Origin: Chlorokybus atmophyticus
Lineage: Eukaryota; Plantae; Mesostigma and Chlorokybus algae
NCBI GenBank assembly: GCA_009103225.1
Contig: RHPI01002090.1
Span: 579,311 to 643,310 of the forward strand
Direction of reading: 5' to 3'
DNA length: 64,000 bases
A program made the position numbers and the translations under genes. The notes below the pieces were generated by a model. The model worked only from the letters and a program-made list of their open reading frames with translations. It ran no database searches and was not told the origin of the DNA. Of the stretch, positions 59,353 through 64,000 are shown in pieces. Positions within the stretch are counted from its first letter, which is position 1, and every line of letters starts with the position of its first letter.

Positions 59353-62102
59353 CTAACAACATACGCTACTTGGCCACACACTGGTTTGCATGGTGTTGCT
59401 AAACAGACAGAAGATCGGTAGTTGGTAGCCATCGTGTAGGTTGTCGATGTTGATGTCTTTGAATGGGCAGACCTTGGCATGCTTTCGCCATTGAGCCGGA
59501 ACCTGCTTATGCGGCCACACAACCTTGCACTTCCTGTAGAATATACGCTTCCCACGGCCTCCCCTCCTGGTTTCTTTGCGAATCGGCCCTGGTTGTTGTT
59601 GCATTGTTGTTGTTGATGAAGTAGCTTGTCGCAGCGTTGTGTTGCCACCATCAGCGGCTGAGCACGGGTGTGAAGTCCACATGGTTGATGGTCGCATTCC
59701 CACAGTTGTTGCATGTTGCATCATGCCAACGGCTGGCAGCACATTACAGGCTGATAAAGTCACGCCGGTTGTGGTTGCAGAAGTTTGTTGAAAGGGTGGG
59801 GTGCTCATGACTTGGAAAGCCGGTACAGCACGAACGCCGTCATGCAATATGAACGTAAAAATGGGAGTTGCTGATGTTGTTGTCGCTGCAGCCGCTGATT
59901 GCTGCATGTGACCACTAGCTGCGCCCATGGGTGGCTCCTCCATTCCTACTGTTGTATCTCTGACTTATGCATCTGATGCATGCCGGCCCTCGCTTGGTAA
60001 TCCTCCCGATGGCTCGCCCATTGTGTTAGTTGCTTGCTGAGCTGATGTGGGCAAAGTCAATACAGATGATGACCTCTCGCAGGCAGCGTATGCAAGTGCA
60101 TTCTGCAACGGCTCCGGCCTCACATTCCCAGTTGAGATCACCTGCAGCAGAAGCATGTGTCTGGTTAGATACATTGCGCAACGATGCGACTCGACCATGG
60201 TTTAGCAAAGCGTTGTGAGAGCTGTGCTTGAGTTTCCCAAGTAGAGCACGTGAACAGGTTGGGTATAGCTCAGTACGCACCTGTTGAGTTTGTTGATTGA
60301 TCTGCATCGGTGAAGCCAGGGGTGTGCACATAGCAATGCGCGAGGTTCTGCAAGGCAACTGTCATTGCGGATCTGCTGCAATCTGTGGGAGTGGAACCAC
60401 CGATGCGCTATGTGGGAGTGGGTTCACCAACGCTAAAGTGGCTCGTGTTGAAGCAACTCGCACAACAACAGAAGTCAAGGGGCGTGGCTGATCAGCAACA
60501 ACCTCATCGTTGGTGAATGGCAGCTCGCTGTCAACTGCAGGTTCGTTGTCATCAGCACTGTGGTCGGTGTCTTGACATGTTGTTTGTCCTCCTCGAAAGC
60601 ACTGTTCAAAAGCACTTACAAACATGTCTATTGTCTTGACATGTGCGCCAGAATGCAATTCCTGTAGCATAACAATGTATCACGCACGCACGCACGCGCG
60701 CGCGTGCGTGTACACACACACACATGGACATCATCGTCTTACCTTCAGCATATCAACAAAGTCGCTGACGCTTCGTGAGCTGCCCACATGCCTCAGCAAC
60801 ATCCGGTGCAATGTCTTGTCCACGCCACATTGGTGGGTCAACACAGCTGGAAACGCTTCTTAAACGACAAGCGGCAGTTGCGGCAACAACTCGTCATCAT
60901 GTGCGGCGTAGGTGCGCCGATTGCCATCTGCATTGATGGAAGGAGAAAGCAGTTCTAGTTGTTAAGCACTTGTTAACATCATCTATAAAACCAAAGTGGT
61001 AACCTACATTGATCCACACGCACCTGGACAATTCAAGCACTTGTACTCATAAGAGTATAATTAGTTGCAACTCACTCAGTGGTGATGACTCTCCTCAACT
61101 TCGCGCGCCAGCTGTTTTGCGTCAAGTACGCTTAACATTGTGGGCAGCGTATGGACGGCACCAAGCTTGATGAAAATATATGTGATGCCTAAAGGATTAC
61201 CTGTAACAAGCCAGCTCTTGATCACAACACGCAACGGCAAAATCACTTACAACAATGACACAAGCAACAACTCACACCTTTGTTCCTGCAGGGACGGTAT
61301 TCATCTGTATGGACATTGGCATTCAATATGGGTGAAGGGACTGGCACGGTGAAGTCCGGCCATATGTCTCTGTCAATAGCAGGCACTTTCCACACACACG
61401 ACGTGCGCTGCCATTCCGCCTCAGGTTGGCAAGGTGTCATGCCGCTTCTCTTTTGAGTGAGTGTTAGCTTACGCGTGCGGTGAGCAGCGAAGTCTGTGAT
61501 AGCTTTCAGCACCACTTGCTCATCGTGAGATTCATCTGTTGTACGCGAGACACAATGTGTTAAGTATTGACCAAGCACTCACATATGTCCAACACGCACC
61601 GCATATCACCTGCCCGTGGAGTTGGGCTCCTCACTATGCTCTGTCGTTGTTTCCGTCCGGTACACGCGCATCCCTGCAGAGTAAAAACCATGGGCAATGT
61701 TGAAGTCAACACAACGTGCAAAGTTGACATTGTCAATACTTCAACTTTGCAAGAGTGTTGACTTCTCCTTCATGCAGAAAGCACTTACCCAAAGGTACCG
61801 GATGACGGGCCCAATGCAATGCAATTACGGCAGCTGCAGAAGCAATTGCCGCACTCACAGCACTGACAGTTGCTGACATGATGTTCATATTGTCGGTGGC
61901 AGCAGCTACTGGAGTTGCCAGCGATGAGATCACAACCAACATTGCGCAAGGCATCCTTGCAGGCCCAAGCTTGACTGCACTGTCGGGCGGCGCTGGACCG
62001 ATGGCACAAACCGTGCACATGGTGGATGACAACCCATCCGTCCTTTCGTGTGCCAGCGTAGCCGAAGAATGCTGCACCCTCCATACTGACCATGAAGCTC
62101 AT
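59353..62102 (-). pseudogene. DUF6729-like (transposon-associated) degenerate gene
   Basis: VIL*ASHIF...IRCPQC*AYLTQNSWRAKLRRV, YSYEYKCLNCP, LLPQLPLVV*EAFPAVLTHQCGVDK and ELH. In-frame stops. Ser/Thr/Gln-rich tail with a terminal C..C/H..C motif. Confidence 0.65.
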
Positions 62103-62995
62103 GACTTAGTCTGAAATCTGCCGCAAGCAATGCGCAATATTGAAGGTAACAAACCATGCAAGCCACATCGTGCCAAGGACATGCATTGCAATATCACTAA
62201 TAACAAACCGCAACAAGATATGTACCTGTCTGACACTCAACGCGCATGCAAGTCGGACATCCTCGCCAACGCTCCTGCATATTTTCCACCTTTGCGAATG
62301 ACGGAATTGCACACACAAGACTGCGCACACTCAGGCATGTTCAACGACACGCAAGGGAGAGCGCGCGCGCGCGCACACGCACACACAACACTATCATCTG
62401 CACACCTTTGCCAATGACGAGGCCGCTGAATCAAGAGGCTGCAACCTTCGCGAATGAAGAGGGTGCACCTACAAGCTGCCATTCGGTAAGGTTTCTGACA
62501 GGGCGCGCAAGGGAGCGAATGTATGCACAGACTCACAAGCCCGTGCACACACGCAAGCGCGCGCACACACATCGGCACGTACCGGTATGGCAGTCAGGGC
62601 ACGCTCTGTATTTTCCCAACCATGTGCCCAATTGCTTGTCGACTCCTAGACAGCAAAGACTCAGCTACAACAACTACATGTACGTATGGCCTTTGAGTGA
62701 CAATAGCATGTGGTGACAGCAACCACGTCACAAACACCGCTACCTTCAAGCGCACCAACATGATGTCAACAATGCTAACTAACCTGCTGCGCCACTGTTT
62801 GTCTTAGCATAGGCCTGGTGGCAGCTTGCACTCTTGACGTCAACTCTTCGTGGCGAGCATCGGCAGCCTGCGGCACCACGTCATGAAGACCATATGCTAC
62901 ACGGGCTCATAATGCAAGTGACGAGAAGCGTGACATTGCTGCACTGCCAATGCCCGAAACCTCAACACTAGCTCAATGCCCATGTGCCGCCCACC

Positions 62996-63322
62996 NNNNN
63001 NNNNNNNNNNNNNNNNNNNNNNNNNNNNNNNNNNNNNNNNNNNNNNNNNNNNNNNNNNNNNNNNNNNNNNNNNNNNNNNNNNNNNNNNNNNNNNNNNNNN
63101 NNNNNNNNNNNNNNNNNNNNNNNNNNNNNNNNNNNNNNNNNNNNNNNNNNNNNNNNNNNNNNNNNNNNNNNNNNNNNNNNNNNNNNNNNNNNNNNNNNNN
63201 NNNNNNNNNNNNNNNNNNNNNNNNNNNNNNNNNNNNNNNNNNNNNNNNNNNNNNNNNNNNNNNNNNNNNNNNNNNNNNNNNNNNNNNNNNNNNNNNNNNN
63301 NNNNNNNNNNNNNNNNNNNNNN

Positions 63323-63370
<48 letters not shown>
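62996..63370. other. Assembly gap (N 62996-63322) followed by an (AC)n microsatellite
   Basis: Directly visible. Confidence 0.99.
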
Positions 63371-63372
<2 letters not shown>

Positions 63373-64000
63373 CAGAATGGTATACCTTTTGTGCTCTGCT
63401 ACAACTGTTACACATAAAGACACAGACCTGCACGCGCGCGCGCACACAAACCTAATCACCTGCGAGCACGCACAAGCACATGCACATGCACATCCTCACG
63501 TCAACAGACATGTTTACCCCGTTGACCCATGAGTGACACGTCGGTAGCAAACACAAGCAGCACAGCCAGCGCTATCCATTGCTTCAACAATGGAGCCAAC
63601 AGCGCGCTTCATGCTGGTGGTAGCGAGCTCCTCACTGACGGCCCAGGTTGGTAGGCCTCCTACAGTGTAGTCTCGTCATAGTCACACTCGATAACGGCAC
63701 ACTCACCTTTTCAAAACCAGTTTGGGTCGGACGCAACGTGCAGTAGGGGACTTCTCGCCGTTAAAGACACTATCACATTCGTTACAACGACCAGTTAGTC
63801 GTATAGTGGAGGTTCTTATAACGCATACAAACAATGCAATTGACTTGCTGCGTCCTAGTACAACTCCTCACGCTGTATGTCGCGGCGTGGGCAGATATAC
63901 AGGCGAAAAACTGGGTGCGGCGTTGTACTGGACGCCGCACGCTTCCTGCCCAGTCCCTGCGCACATCGTGGTGGGTGTCGTTGGGGTTGGGGGCGGCGGC

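Noticed and set aside
63540-64000. Exons of a gene at the window end
   Set aside because: GC-rich and possibly coding, but frame and strand cannot be fixed within the window.

Overview
Eukaryotic nuclear DNA with GT-AG introns, roughly 50% GC and two assembly gaps. It is most likely from an early-diverging streptophyte green alga; this is an inference from PsbR, a clan-72-type P450, an At4g36440-like gene and a streptophyte-type mitochondrial rRNA insert. The first ~28 kb is a nested transposon stack. An old Ty3/gypsy pol remnant is invaded by a 510-bp TRIM, an apparently intact intron-containing pogo-family transposon, and a degenerate two-gene DNA element that is itself split by a CAC-ended element with a 3-bp TSD. 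A gag-only remnant and a structurally complete chromovirus-type LTR retrotransposon follow (LTRs, PBS, PPT, 5-bp TSD). That chromovirus carries an unexpected methyltransferase-like domain behind an in-frame amber stop. Positions 29-59 kb are gene-dense: CYP (clan 72-like), SNAPC3, arylamine N-acetyltransferase, a GNAT, an extended PsbR, a mitochondrial SSU rRNA NUMT, an At4g36440-like membrane protein, pogo MITEs and KNL1. A DUF6729-like pseudogene lies near the end. Family assignments come from recalled motifs and hand splicing; no database or HMM search was run.
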